From the NCBI GenBank assembly GCA_036785375.1, contig JAWMAR010000030.1, forward strand, positions 2,480,001 through 2,544,000: DNA of 64,000 nucleotides, written 5' to 3'. This document shows positions 13,883-26,578 of this stretch, piece by piece. How positions within the stretch are numbered: the stretch's first letter is position 1; every line of letters begins with the position of its first letter. This DNA comes from Leucoraja ocellata. Taxonomy: Eukaryota. The notes below the pieces were generated by a model. It searched no databases and was not told where the DNA came from. It saw only the letters and a program-made list of their open reading frames with translations. Both the position numbers and the translations under genes were made by a program.

Positions 13883-14729
13883 CTAATGGTTTGTACCTGT
13901 CATTTCTGCAAGCCTGGAGCTGTGTATCTGAAATTGGGATTAGTCTCAATTGCACTATTCAGCTATCATAGACATGATGGCTCCAATTGCCACATTAAAA
14001 AAAAAATCCCTACGATTCTTTTCCTAGCCATTATTTCTCCAGCTATTCCTGCACCATCTTCCTTGTCAAAAACTCTAAATGCATTCATTTCCATTGCCAA
14101 CATCCTCCCAGAAGCAACTACACAACAAGAACACTAATCTCTTAGTGCAAAGTATATGTTTGTGTTGGGTGTTATCTGTTGTTTTTGTATAGCGTGGATT
14201 TTTGAATGAATGTTAAGAGATTTGCCGTGCGAAGATTCACTAATTGATCAATTTCAGTTGAAGTTTACAGAAATCCCGATCCAATGTCGTTCGGTGCCAA
14301 GAGCACATTGCATTTCTTGGCAAAAAGGCTATGTGTTCAACAACATGATCATAATTTGTATTACAATCGGAAACTCTGCTCAGTCTTGGGATTTTTGCCA
14401 TGCTTTTAAATCTTAAATCAAGACGGCACCATTTTCAAGCTTCCTTTACAAGCTTTTCGAGCTCCTTTTAAGCTCTAAGTAAAGGGCGGAAATTGGTTTT
14501 GCAAGGACGATGTTACGTGGTCTAACAATTGCTGCAGCTGTCATTAGGCAGGTAAAAGATTAGCTCTGCTTTCCTGAAGGATAATATATTAAATTATACA
14601 GTGCTCTGATCAGGCTACACCATGAGTGCTGTGTTCATTGGGTATCACTGATACTGGAGCATCATTTAAGCCATGGGGGCAATGTGTAGATCAGTGTAGA
14701 GTGACAGTTTTGAAACAGTCACACTGAGT

Positions 14730-15225
14730 CCAGCTTCAAGTTTCTGGGTCAACATCTCTGATGACCTCTCTTGGACCCACAATACCTCAACTCTGGTCAA
14801 GAAGGCTCACCAGCGTCTCTTCTTCCTGAGGAGACTGAAGAAGGTCCATCTGTCTCCTCAGATTCTGGTGAACTTCTACCGCTGCAACATCGAGAGCATC
14901 CTTACCAACTGTATCACAGTATGGTATGGCAACTGCTCTGTCTCCGACCGGAAAGCACTGAAGAGGGTGGCGAAAACTGTCCAACGCATCACTGGTTCCT
15001 CACTCCCATTGAGTCTGTCTAAAGCAAGCGCTGTCTGCGGAGGGCGCTCAGCATCACCAAGGACTGCTCTCACCCCAGCAACAGACTGTTTACCTTCCTA
15101 CCATCCGGGAGGCGCTACAGGTCTCTCCGTTGCCGGACCAGCAGGTCCAGGAACAGCTTCTTCCCTGCGGCTGTTACATTACTCAACACTGTACCTCGGT
15201 GACTGCCAATCACCCCCCCCCCCCC
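14730..15225 (+). mobile_element. Rex1/Babar-type LINE 3' fragment
   Basis: Translates as ..KKAHQRLFFLRRLKK..NFYRCNIESILTNCITVWYGNCSVSDRKALKRV.., and ends in a cactgtacctcggt tail. Confidence 0.8.
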
Positions 15226-16692
15226 CTAATTCTACTCCTATCACTTATGAACATGGAAATTCCCTACTATTGCAACTCTATTACTCTTTTAGCCATTTCC
15301 TCCTCTAACTCCCATTGACTACAGAGTTATTTGCTCACGGGATATTTTACAAGATGGGGCCTCGGTTTAATGTCTCATTGAAAAGGTGGCACCTCCAACA
15401 CTATAGAGCCTCCTCGTTGAATGCACTGAAATATCCAAGATGCAAGAAGCAATCATGAAGACGATTAAGTTGTGATCTTTTACTGCTCGCCTTGCCCTGA
15501 AAGCATTCATTTGTGTTAAGCTATATAACACAGGCATCTCCTCCTTTATCAAAGTGGCCATGCTTTGTGACTGAGCCTGAATAGCCAGCCAGCAATTTAT
15601 GACGGTGGAAGGCAACACAGTCAAGTCCTAATCATTCTTAGTTCCAAGCCCACAAATATATTATTTTATTCCAGTCACAAATCACAAGCAGAAAGAAGGC
15701 ATTTTTTTGGAAATGTAGGAGCTTGACCTATCTCTAAATCACAGCGCCCTGCAGAAGGACAACTCGACAGCCACCAGTTTTTCGACACAGTCCCCAGTCA
15801 ATAGTGCGTACGTGATCAACTGTTCGTTGTAAAGTGCCCAGAGAACAGTGGCAAACACGATTCAACAAGGAATAAGCTTGGATAACCTTGGGCTTCATTG
15901 TTGCTGTGGGAGGGAGACTTGCTTGCAAGCTCTGTAACAATGGACAGTCAATGTGAATTAAAGACAAGGAAATTGTTCAGCCTGAGAACAAAGATTGACA
16001 ATGCAATCACCAGATTCACTGCCCTTGGGCAGTGCCGAGATGTAAGTACTTTGTCCCCTAAACAATGCAGCAAATTCCCAGGAATAGTTTGATGTGGAGT
16101 ACTTCTGCAGTTCAAATAACAAATCTGATATTCATAGATCTACTTTGCTCGGCTGGGGGTTTAGCAGAGTGTTAGGCTGGTGGTGGAATAACTTGTTTTT
16201 GAGGTACTCATACAACATCTCGTATTTACATAGCATCTATGTAGCATCCTAAAACTTGTTTAAACATTTCTGGAGCGCATTAACTGCAGAAGTAATTTCC
16301 AAACAAAATTTAACAATAAGCCCCCTGGTCTTGTATTATGTATAATAAATTTAAAAAAAAACATATATATATATATATATATATAGTGTCATATATTACA
16401 TTGTATATGTTATTATTTTATATATTATACTGTACATAATGCAAGATAAGGGTTATAGGCTTATATGGCTTGTTGCTTATTGTTCAATATTGTTTCGAGT
16501 GCATTTACATGGCACCTTTCAGAGCTTAGACAATAAAGTCACACAATGCTTAATATACATTATTGGCACGTGGACAATATTGCTGCCATTTTGTACACGG
16601 CAAACATTCACAAATAGCAATGACATAATAAACAAATTCCTGCGTGGCTATCATCAGGTTAGAGTAAATTCTGTGGTTTTTGATACCTTAAT

Positions 16693-17500
16693 ATGGATAA
16701 GGTTATCCATTTTGGTGGCAAAAACGGGAAAGCAGACTATTATCTAAATGGTGGCCGATTGGGAAAGGGGGAGATGCAGCGAGACCTGGGTGTCATGGTA
16801 CACCAGTCATTGAAGGTAGGCATGCAGGTGCAGCAAGCAGTAAAGAAAGCGAATGGTATGTTAGCTTTCATTGCAAAAGGATTTGAGTATAGGAGCAGGG
16901 AGGTTCTACTGCAGTTGTACAGGGTCTTGGTGAGACCACACCTGGAGTATTGCGTACAGTTTTGGTCTCCAAATCTGAGGAAGGACATTATTGCCATAGA
17001 GGGAGTGCAGAGACGGTTCACCAGACTGATTCCTGGGATGTCAGGACTGTCTTATGAAGAAAGACTGGATAGACTTGGTTTATACTCTCTAGAATTTAGG
17101 AGATTGAGAGGGGATCTTATAGAAACGTACAAAATTCTTAAGGTGTTGGACAGGCTAGATGCAGGAAGATTGTTCCCGATGTTAGGGAAGTCCAGGACAA
17201 GGGGTCACAGCTTAAGGATAAGGGGGGAATCCTTTAAAACCGAGATGAGAAGAACTTTTTTTCACACAGAGAGTGGTGAATCTCTGGAACTCTCTGCCAC
17301 AGAGGGTAGTTGAGGCCAGTTCATTGGCTATATTTAAGAGGGAGTTAGATGTGGCCCTTGTGGCTAAGGGGATCAGGGGGTATGGAGAGAAGGCAGGTAC
17401 GGGATACTGAGTTGGATGATCAGCCATGATCATATTGAATGGCGGTGCAGGCTCGAAGGGCCGAATGGCCTACTCCTGCACCTAATTTCTATGTTTCTAT
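16693..17500 (+). mobile_element. Young CR1-like LINE, 5'-truncated
   Basis: 206-aa ORF2 C-terminus (RDLGV..LYRVLVRPHLEYCVQFWSP..RRLRGDLIETYKI..RTRGHSL), then 3'UTR with a ctatgttt tail. Confidence 0.9.
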
Positions 17501-17580
17501 ACTTTCTAAAGTGCTTCACAGCTAATTGAGAACTGTTTGTAGTGCAGTTACTTTTCCAATGGAAGAAAATTAAACATTTT

Positions 17581-17738
17581 CACTCCAAAGCCATACAGGT
17601 TTGTAGGTTAATTGGCTTGGTGTATGTGTAAATTGTCCCTAGTGTGTGTAGGATAGTGTTAATGTGCGGGGATCGCTGGTCGGCGCGGACTCGGTGGGCC
17701 AAAGTGCATGTGTCTTTGCTATATCTCTAAACTAAATG
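17581..17738 (+). mobile_element. 5'-truncated V-SINE with 14-bp TSD
   Basis: AAATTAAACATTTT at both 17567-17580 and 17739-17752. Confidence 0.8.
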
Positions 17739-18799
17739 AAATTAAACATTTTATTTTCAGACCTCCTTAATCCAACAACCCAGTGAGATGAAAGAGCCGT
17801 GCATGATAATGTACAACTCTAACTGCTTCTGGATAATATATTGTCCAGGACACGGTCTAATTATGCGCAGTCCTCCACAGCAGATGGGATAATATTTAAA
17901 TATAAAACATAAAGCCAATGGTACTCATTTCTGATCAATGTCCCGTTTTTAAAACATTTTAGAGTTTTTGAGTTAGTGACTAAGATCAGAATCTTTCGGC
18001 TATGCAGCGGTGTAACCCAATGCCTATGAAAGTTACCACAGCATGAATGAGCATCAATGTAATGCTACCTTAAATCAAGTCTTCATCTATGCCATTGTAT
18101 ACCAGCGTGAATCAACATCCATGCCAGCACGAGTCAGCACCTAAAAAGATGAAGTGCAATTTGCAGGGCAAAATCTCCAAGCATATCCATGTAATATTAA
18201 ACATGTTATAATGAGATTCTAAATATTGCATTGTTTTAGTTGGAATATCAAGTGGTGTTCACCTCCTGGTCTCACCTCCCGCCATTTTGCTTCCAGATGA
18301 CACAGAGTGAGCACTTTGCAAGTGGGTGAGCCCATTCCTCCCGTAGTCACCTCTGAAGGCTGGTGAGAAGAGGAAAGTCTTGTTCCAGTGGCTCTAGTCA
18401 GTCAAGCTACACATTGACACAATATCAATTATTTAGATCCTCTCTCTCCATATTTACATATTCCTGACTTAGCTGGAGTATTTCAATAAGAGTGGCGAGC
18501 ATGTCCATTGCTATAGATAGCGGTGGAGATAGATAGGTTCTTGTTTGGTAAAGACTTCAGAGGTTACAGGGAGAAGGCAGAAGAATGGGATTAAGAGGGA
18601 AAGATAGATCAGCTATGATTGAATGGTGGAGCAGACTCATCGGCCTAATTCTGCGCCTATATCATGTTGTTGTGGTCTGAACCATGATGTAAATAGCTTT
18701 CAAAGATATATTATAAGAATTAATTACTCACCATTCACAATCAACATGACATGATATGTAATATCATATAACATCATATGATTATACACTGTGGAGGCA

Positions 18800-19240
18800 T
18801 CGTGGCACTGCTTGTGGAGCTGCTGCTTCACGGCACTAGAGACCTGGGTTCAATCCTGACCTTGGGTGGTATCTGTGTGTGGTTTGCACATTCTCCCTGT
18901 GATCATGTGGATTTCCTCCGGGTGCTCTGGTTTTCCCCCACAACCCAAAGGCCTGCAGGTTTGCAGGTTATTGCCCCTGTCCCACTTAGGAAACCTGAAT
19001 GGAAACCTCTGGAGACTTTGCGCCCCACCCAAGGTTTCCGTGCGGTTCCCGGAGGTTTTTGTCAGTCTCCCTACCTGCTTCCACTACCTGCAACCTCCGG
19101 CAACCACCTGCAACCTCCGGGAACCGCACGGAAACCTTGGGTGGGGCGCAAAGTCCCCAGAGGTTTCGGTTCAGGTTTCCTAAGTGGGACAGGGGCATAA
19201 GTTGAGTGCTGCAAATTGCCCCTCGTGTGTAGGTAGGTGA
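18800..19240 (+). mobile_element. V-SINE interrupted by a MITE
   Basis: SINE head and V-domain at 18800-18970, resuming after 19200. Confidence 0.65.
18972..19197. mobile_element. Palindromic MITE (about 85-bp TIRs; Harbinger-like)
   Basis: TGCCCCTGTCCCACTTAGGAAACCTGAA.. and ..TTCAGGTTTCCTAAGTGGGACAGGGGCA, flanked by TAT and TAA. Confidence 0.85.
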
Positions 19241-20654
19241 ATGGCAAAACTGTGGGGAGTCGATGACAATAATGGAGAAAATAAAGTTGAGATATTAGTG
19301 AAGGACGAAGATAGACCCAAAAAACTGGAGTAACTCAGCGGGACAGGCAGCATCCGGTAGTTGGTGGTCAGTATGGACTTGATGGGCCAAAGGGCCTGTT
19401 TCTATGCTGTATCTCTCTAAGATAGTCAAAATAAAAAGAACCATTGCAATATTTACAATATAATTTAGATATTTTTTTGTGTTACATGGATATTGGAGAG
19501 TTTGTCCTAAAATTTGTACTTCAGTATTTATCCGTTTGTGTTTGTGTTTTCTGCTGACTCGTGCTGTGGCATGTAATGGCATAAGGTGCTGACTCATGCT
19601 GGTGTACAATGGCACAGAATTTGACTCTCACTGAGGCATGGCAACTGATTCATGATGTGGTAACGTTGGTGGGCGTCGAGTTGTCCTGCTGTTCAGCTGA
19701 AAGATCATGATGCTGAAAATGTTGCATTGCGCTGACCTATGCTGGAGCACAGTTACAACGTCACAGTTACATCCTGGAATATAATGGTGTAGGGCCTGGC
19801 TTGTGCTGGGTGACAATTTAGTGTCTGTCTGAGTGTGTGGTGCATGTGTATGTGTGCAAAGAATATGTCTCAACAAAAGGGTTTACAGGGCTATGGGCAA
19901 AAGGCAGGCAAATGGAACCAAACCACTGACTTCATCAGTTCAAACATGATGGGCCAAAGAGTCTGTTTCTGTTCTGTACAGATCTATGGCTCTATGTATG
20001 TGTCATGAGTATATATTTAGAGTTATAAGAGTCATAGAGCCATCCAGCATGGAAACAGGTCCCACCCCCAGCTTGTCCATGCAACCAAGATATCTGACAG
20101 GGAGAGATGGGGTGTTATCACATACATATCTGAATACATGTGTATGTGTGTTTACATGTATGTGTGTTTAAGCATTTGTGATTGTGTGTATGTGCGTGTA
20201 ACTGCTTTCATAACCTGTATGTATAAATATATCCGACTGAATAGTGTGTACATGTACTTGTATGTAGGAAAACTGCAGATGCTGGTTTACAGGTTTAGGG
20301 CGAGACCCTTCTTCAGACTGAGAGTCAGGGGAGAGGAAGACACAGAGATATGGCAGGGTGTGAAAACGAGACATCAAAGGGGATGGAGGTCAAGGATAAT
20401 GTAGAATAGATCATTGTTAATATGTATGTAAATGTGTATATGCAAGATGTATGTATGTGTAGTTTCATAATATGCACATTGACGATGTATGTGTGTAGGT
20501 ATATGAGCAATAATTGTGTTTCTATGTATTGGTGATAGATACGTGGGGATGCATGTGTATATATTATAGATTTCTGGGTTTGTGTGTGTGTGTCAAGTGA
20601 GCTGGGATGTGCGGATGGGCTTGTGGCGCAGACTCACAGCGCCTCAGATGAAGG

Positions 20655-20751
20655 AGAGGGGGTGGGGAGTGTGATTGGAAATATAATCAGCTCGCATTTC
20701 ACAGCAGCCAAGCTGCGGGATAAGTCGCATCAGTGCGGCCTGGCTGGGAAC
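20655..20751 (+). promoter_or_regulatory. Candidate SPOCK2 proximal promoter/5'UTR (or acceptor for an upstream non-coding exon)
   Basis: Local CpG enrichment, GGGGGTGGGG (20658-20667), ATTGG reverse CCAAT (20674-20678) and a TATA-like ATATAAT (20681-20687). The sequence catttcacAG at about 20695-20704 could instead be a splice acceptor. Confidence 0.35.
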
Positions 20752-20931
20752 ATGTTGCGGGCAGTAAACTTGCTGCTGACCCCCCTGCTGCTGCTGCTGG
20801 CGGCGGCGGCGGAGGACAAGGAGAGTCCGGAGAAAGGGGGCAAGAAGGGGAATTTCTTGGAGGATGAGGAATGGCTGGCAAGTGTCTCCCCGTACAGCAC
20901 GCAGATCAGAAACTGGAACCGATTCCGAGAC
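20752..20931 (+). CDS. SPOCK2: Testican (SPARC/osteonectin, cwcv and kazal-like proteoglycan) first coding exon: signal peptide and N-terminal testican motif
   Basis: MLRAVNLLLTPLLLLLAAAAEDKESPEKGGKKGNFLEDEEWLASVSPYSTQIRNWNRFRD, then donor GTGAGT at 20932 (phase 0). Matches the recalled SPOCK2 GNFMEDEQWLSSISQYSGKIKHWNRFRD. ASCC1 lies upstream on the same strand, as in human. Confidence 0.92.
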
Positions 20932-21288
20932 GTGAGTTTTCGCAGAAGCCGAATTGTTGCAATTTTAAAATACCGCAGAGGGGATGAAAAATAACAAATG
21001 ACTGGTGATGTGCGGGGGCTGGGCATAGTGTAGGGGGTTGCAAGGAAAATGATCTTTATATTTGCTTCTCTACACCTGTCGTCCCAGTGAAGACATTGCA
21101 CCATAGTTTACCCTGGGCTTCCGACTGGGGTACATTGCTGATCGATTCTAATCGATTTGGTGATCAATTCTGTCAGATTAGCAGTTGTGAAAACGTATGT
21201 CTCACCTCCTGCGGCAGTAAAATGTTCTGCATATTTTGTATGAGGATATTTATTTTCCCCGAAATGCGTGGGTTCTGGGGATGAATAA

Positions 21289-21674
21289 NNNNNNNNNNNN
21301 NNNNNNNNNNNNNNNNNNNNNNNNNNNNNNNNNNNNNNNNNNNNNNNNNNNNNNNNNNNNNNNNNNNNNNNNNNNNNNNNNNNNNNNNNNNNNNNNNNNN
21401 NNNNNNNNNNNNNNNNNNNNNNNNNNNNNNNNNNNNNNNNNNNNNNNNNNNNNNNNNNNNNNNNNNNNNNNNNNNNNNNNNNNNNNNNNNNNNNNNNNNN
21501 NNNNNNNNNNNNNNNNNNNNNNNNNNNNNNNNNNNNNNNNNNNNNNNNNNNNNNNNNNNNNNNNNNNNNNNNNNNNNNNNNNNNNNNNNNNNNNNNNNNN
21601 NNNNNNNNNNNNNNNNNNNNNNNNNNNNNNNNNNNNNNNNNNNNNNNNNNNNNNNNNNNNNNNNNNNNNNNNNN
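21289..21674. other. Assembly gap (386 N)
   Basis: Run of N. Confidence 1.
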
Positions 21675-21957
21675 GCAGTGGACAAGAAGGAGCATTCACA
21701 GGGGAGGGAGGGAGGGGCACTGAAAGATTCTGGCAACCAGGAATTCCTCACTAATCTGCGTCAATGGATGGTCCACCACGCAAATCTCATCATGGGCCCC
21801 GTCCGTATATTTTTATCCCCCACCCCCAAATCCAACATTAATTATTGGCCAGGATAGGTTGAGTCGGGCTGTAGAGAGGCTGAATGGCCGGAGCAAATGT
21901 TCCCAGAGGTTGAATCTGTATCCAGGATTGTGGTTGATTTGAGTCCCCTCTGGTTTT

Positions 21958-22131
21958 GAGGATAGACACAAAAAGCTGGAGTAACTCAGCGGGTCAGGCA
22001 GCATCTCTGGGGGAGGGGGGGGGAATATTTGACATCTTTTCACCTATTCCTTCTCTCCAGTGATGCTGCCCGACCCGCTGAGTTTCTCCAGCATTTTGTG
22101 TCTATCTTCGGTATAAACCAGCATCTGCAGC
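21958..22131. mobile_element. Penelope-derived hairpin element
   Basis: gatagacacaaaaagctggagtaactcagcggg.. paired with ..cccgctgagtttctccagcattttgtgtctatc. Confidence 0.7.
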
Positions 22132-23179
22132 TCAACCCCACGCACCAGTTTTGAGGATGCCTGTGGGTGAATCAACATGGGGTGGCTGCATCACAGACAG
22201 AGTGTGATCTTGGTCCTTTGGCAAGAAGGGCCAAGATGATTGGCGATCAGAGCTCAGAAAGCATATGTCATGAGGATACATACTCGCACTCACACTCTCT
22301 CTCTCACACACACACACATACGGTGATCACATGGAAACAAACACGTGTATTTTTTTGAAGACTCTAGAAACTGCAGATGCTGAAAATCTTGAACACAAAG
22401 TGCTGGAGAAAGATAGGGGTCTGGCAGCATCTGCGGAGGCACATCATCTTTGCTGTACCATATGCAGCTGTGCTTTCACCAGCATGGCCCCTTAATTAGA
22501 TACCCACCCGTCCAACCTGTTTCTTCTTTGAGAAGCTGCATTAAATCTCCATCTTTGGACAAGGCCTTGGCCATCAGTCCATTATGGAGATGGGAATCGG
22601 GGTCTTTTGTTCAACGTGGCTCCTGGGAAGCAAGACTAACATTTTGAACAACTCTAAACTTGGGATGGTACTGGAAATGTGGTGACACATGCACACTGCC
22701 TCAGTGCAAACCACTATCTTACAAGCTTGCCCTTGCTTATGATTGTGTCTGATGCATAGTAAGATTGTTACTGAACTGTATTGCACTGAACTTTTGGATA
22801 GGTATATAGATATGCAGGGAATGGAGGGATATGGATAATGTGGGGGGCAACTTATTTACACAGAGGGTGGTGAGGAACTGGAACACGAGTGCCTGGAACG
22901 GCATTGAAGAGGCTTTTGGATAGGTACATGGATATACAGGGAATGGAAGGATATGGATTGTGTGCAGGTAGATAAGAGATGGTTGTGGCATCATGTTCGG
23001 CACAGACATTGTGGGCCGAAGGGCCAGTTCTTGTGCTGTTATAACTATACAAATAAAATAATCTCACACCACCTACAGTAGATACACGTGACAATAAAAT
23101 ACCATGAAAGCATTGATTGAAGCACCACTTGGTGGATTGTGCCATCCACAGTCAATCGATTCTGACCCAACCCAACCCA

Positions 23180-23396
23180 CGACAGATGGCACAATGGGCT
23201 AAGTGTTCGGCTGGCGACCGGAAGGTAGCCGGTTCGAATCCCGCTTGGAGTGCATACTGTCGTTGTGTCCTTGGGGCAAGACACTTCACCCACCTTTGCC
23301 TGTGTGTAAATGTAATGTAATTATGTGAAGCACTTTGGGGTCAATGCAAGTTGACTAAAAATGTGCTATATAAATAAGATTATTATTATTATTATA
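23180..23396 (+). mobile_element. tRNA-derived CORE-like SINE with L2-type tail
   Basis: A-box TGGCACAATGG, B-box GGTTCGAATCC, CORE-like gtgtccttggggcaagacactt, and tail aagcactttg..gtgctatataaataag(att)n. Confidence 0.75.
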
Positions 23397-26270
23397 AGCC
23401 TGAGGTCTTGTGATGATTTTGTTGACCACCCAGAGCTAACCCCAAATTGTGTTTGGGTGGTTTGGCCTCAGTGGTAGATCACACGTTGAAGGACAATGGA
23501 CAGTCCCAATGCCTGGGACATGGACAGTCAGACCTGCACACAACCAGTGCATTTATTTATAGAGCCAGCCTGGCCCATCCCAGCCTGAACCCAAGGGCAT
23601 ACATTTTTTCACATATCTCCTTACAATGTAGGAGACCGTTTGGCCCATCAAGTCTATGTTGGGCCTGGGAGTAGGCCCCATCGGTTCCACAACAACACTT
23701 GTCTTCTCAGTAACCTATTCTCTCTCCACATCCCCTGTTCCTCCCACCATCCACCCTCTCCTGAGGTAACTTATTGCCAACAATTAACTTGTCAATCACC
23801 AGTCTTCGGGTTGTGGGAGGGAACAGAGCATCCGGTAAATTCCATGCAGTTACGAGGAGAACATGCAAACTTCACACAGCCAGTTCTGGAAATCAGGCTT
23901 CATCCCAAGCCAATGATTTGACCCTCAACCAACCCAAACCTCATAACAGAATTGCTGACCTAAAACGCCATCAGTCCATTCCCTCCGCAGATGCTGCCTG
24001 ATCTGCTGAGTTCTTCCAGTACTTTGATTTTTGTTCAAGGTCCCACCATCTGCAGTTTCATGGGTTTCCTACGGCCGTTTCTTCCTTTGTGAGGACATTA
24101 CTAAACAAAACTGCTGAAAGTACACAATGGTTCAGTTATCACCAGTACCTTGCTTGGTGCATTGGGGCATGAGACCCTGCCCATTGCCTTTAGAAACGGT
24201 GACTGCTCTGCAGTGTATCACCAGCGTTTTTTTGCACACTGGCTGCGTTTGATAGCAACCTAACTGTAAAGAGGTAAGCATATTTTTAAAAAGTATTGTA
24301 TTTATAAAGTCGTTTTGATGAGCTTGGGACATTGCAGGGAGCTTGAGGCCAATGGGATGTCTTTGAAGTGCAGTTGTTGTTGTAACATGCTCTCAAAGTG
24401 AAACAAAGGAAGTTCCGTCAAATAACAATATGGTTTGGACTGCGGAGTGTTGTTGTGACAATGATGTCTCTTCCCCTTTATCTTGAAACCAACATGTCTA
24501 TCTTCGGTTTAAACCCACATTTGCTATTCCTTCCTACTCATTTTGTCTGCTCCACTGCAAATCTCCACAAGGTATGCCTACTCTGAAGACATCTCCTCCT
24601 CCTCTCTCCGACAAGCTCTGCAACATCCTCTCTGGCTGCTCCCCCTCTGTGATTCCACCGGTTCTAAATCATTTGATCTATATATCTCTACATCACCATC
24701 TGTATCTCCTGTTTCCCTTTCCCCTGACTCTCAGTCTGAAGAAGGGTCTCGACCTGAAATTCTTTTTCTCCAGAGATGCTGCCTGACCCGCTGAGTTACT
24801 CCAGCTTTTTTTAGATTAAACCAGCATCTGCAGTTCCTACATGATAGGAACAGTTAAGGACTAGAAACAACAGATAGTGGATGTGTTGCTAATCCAGGGT
24901 CAATTTTCCAACTTCAGCATTGATTCACCTAAAGATTAGGAATGCAATTCAAATCTTTTGGATTGGGGTAGGGAAAATGCTATGTTGGTTTAGCACGGAC
25001 TTTGAAGGGACCTATTTAAACGGCCAAATAGCCTCTTCTCAGTGTGGTTTACATTCCGACTGATTTTCAGTTGCCAGGGTAACCGCTGGGAAAGATCAAT
25101 AGTGAGGTTTGTATAATTGTCATCTGTACCATCAGCAGAACAATGAGATTTTTAGTTGCTGCAGCTTAACAAGCCTGTGAACACAAACATACACAGATAA
25201 TATATAATAATCAAAAACACAGTAACCAAGCATGTGTAGGAAGGACCTACTGATGCTGGTTTATTCTGAAGATAGACATAGACACAAAGACTCAGTGGGT
25301 CTGGAGAAAAGGAAAGGGTGATGTTTTGGGTCAGAACCCTTCTTCGAAGTAATTATTATTACAGTGCAAAGGTCCACTGGCACCAGGGGGTGTGAAGTTG
25401 AGACATACAGTTCTGCTCAACTTCATACTCAGTGGTGTGATGGGCAGTCTATGGTGCTCCATGTGGATGCAAAAGACACCATTGCAAGTTCTGATTGACT
25501 ATCAGTGATGCTCGGTGGGTGGGGTCAGTGCAACTCACCTCGTTACTCAGCGCATGCTAATTGCCTTTGCTGCACAGCAGAGTTTCAGAGGCAGTGAAAC
25601 TGCTGGTTCCTCAATCGAAGGTAGAGGAACTCGACCATCTAGTTGCCCAGCTGAGTGCAGGAATAGTACCTCGAGACACAAGGAACTGCAGATGCTGGTC
25701 CAGGCCACAAAGTGCTGGAGTAATTCAGCAAGTCAGGCAGCGTCTCTGGAAGACATGGATAGGCGCCATTTCGGGCCAGGAAACATCACCTATCCATGTC
25801 CTCCAGAGATGCTGCCCAATCTGCTGTTATTCCAGAACTTTATGAAGTTTTTAGGGATACATTCTACCCTTCTACGCTCAGCATTGCAACAAGGCTCAAG
25901 CTTAAAATTACAATAGATTTGTACTTAAATGTCCCGGACAGAATATTGTGTTAAAAGTCTCCTACACCAACATCTTTAACCTCCAAACCTTGTTTATACA
26001 CAAGTTAGTGGTTGAAGATGTCTCATCACTGGTCCATTATTGCGGAGCAGATGCAGTGATCTTTGTTATAAAGGTGCTGCTCATGATCTCAGCAGCTCAG
26101 TGCACTTTACTACTCATGAAGTGGTTTGAAAATGCAGGTTGACAAGGCAAGCGGCCTGTACCTGGTGCGATGGATCATGGAGACCAAGGATGAGTTTTCC
26201 TTTCCTCATCCCCTCAGACTCTCAATGGCTTGGCCAGAGATGCAATGGATAATGCGTCTAACTACAGATT

Positions 26271-26578
26271 GGGGTGGCACGGTGGCACAACGGTTGAGTT
26301 GCTGCCTTACAGCACCAGAGACCCGGGTTCGATCCTGACTACGAGTGCTGTCTATACGGAGTTTGTCCGTTCTCCCCGTGAGCTGCGTGGGGTTTCTGCA
26401 GGATTTCCGGTTTTCTCCCACACTCCAAAGCCCTACAGGTTTGTAGGCTAATTGGCTTGGTCTAATTGTAAATTGTCCCTAGTGTGTGTCGGATAGTGTT
26501 ATTGTACAGGGACCGCTGGTCGGCGCAGACTCGGTGGGCCGAAGGGCCTATTTCCGCGCTGTATCTCTAAACTAAACC
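26271..26578 (+). mobile_element. Full-length V-SINE
   Basis: ggtggcacggtggcacaacggttgag..GGTTCGATCC..V-domain..gggccgaagggcctatttccgcgctgtatctctaaactaaac. Confidence 0.85.

Noticed and set aside
20584-20994. 136-aa ORF as a single-exon protein
   Set aside because: The real coding part is ATG 20752 to donor 20931. The rest is UTR and intron read-through.
21108-21754. Long ORFs containing X
   Set aside because: Artefacts of the N gap. The same applies at 59035-59439.
23180-23250. tRNA gene
   Set aside because: A and B boxes are present, but the sequence continues into a SINE core and tail, and no full cloverleaf is evident.
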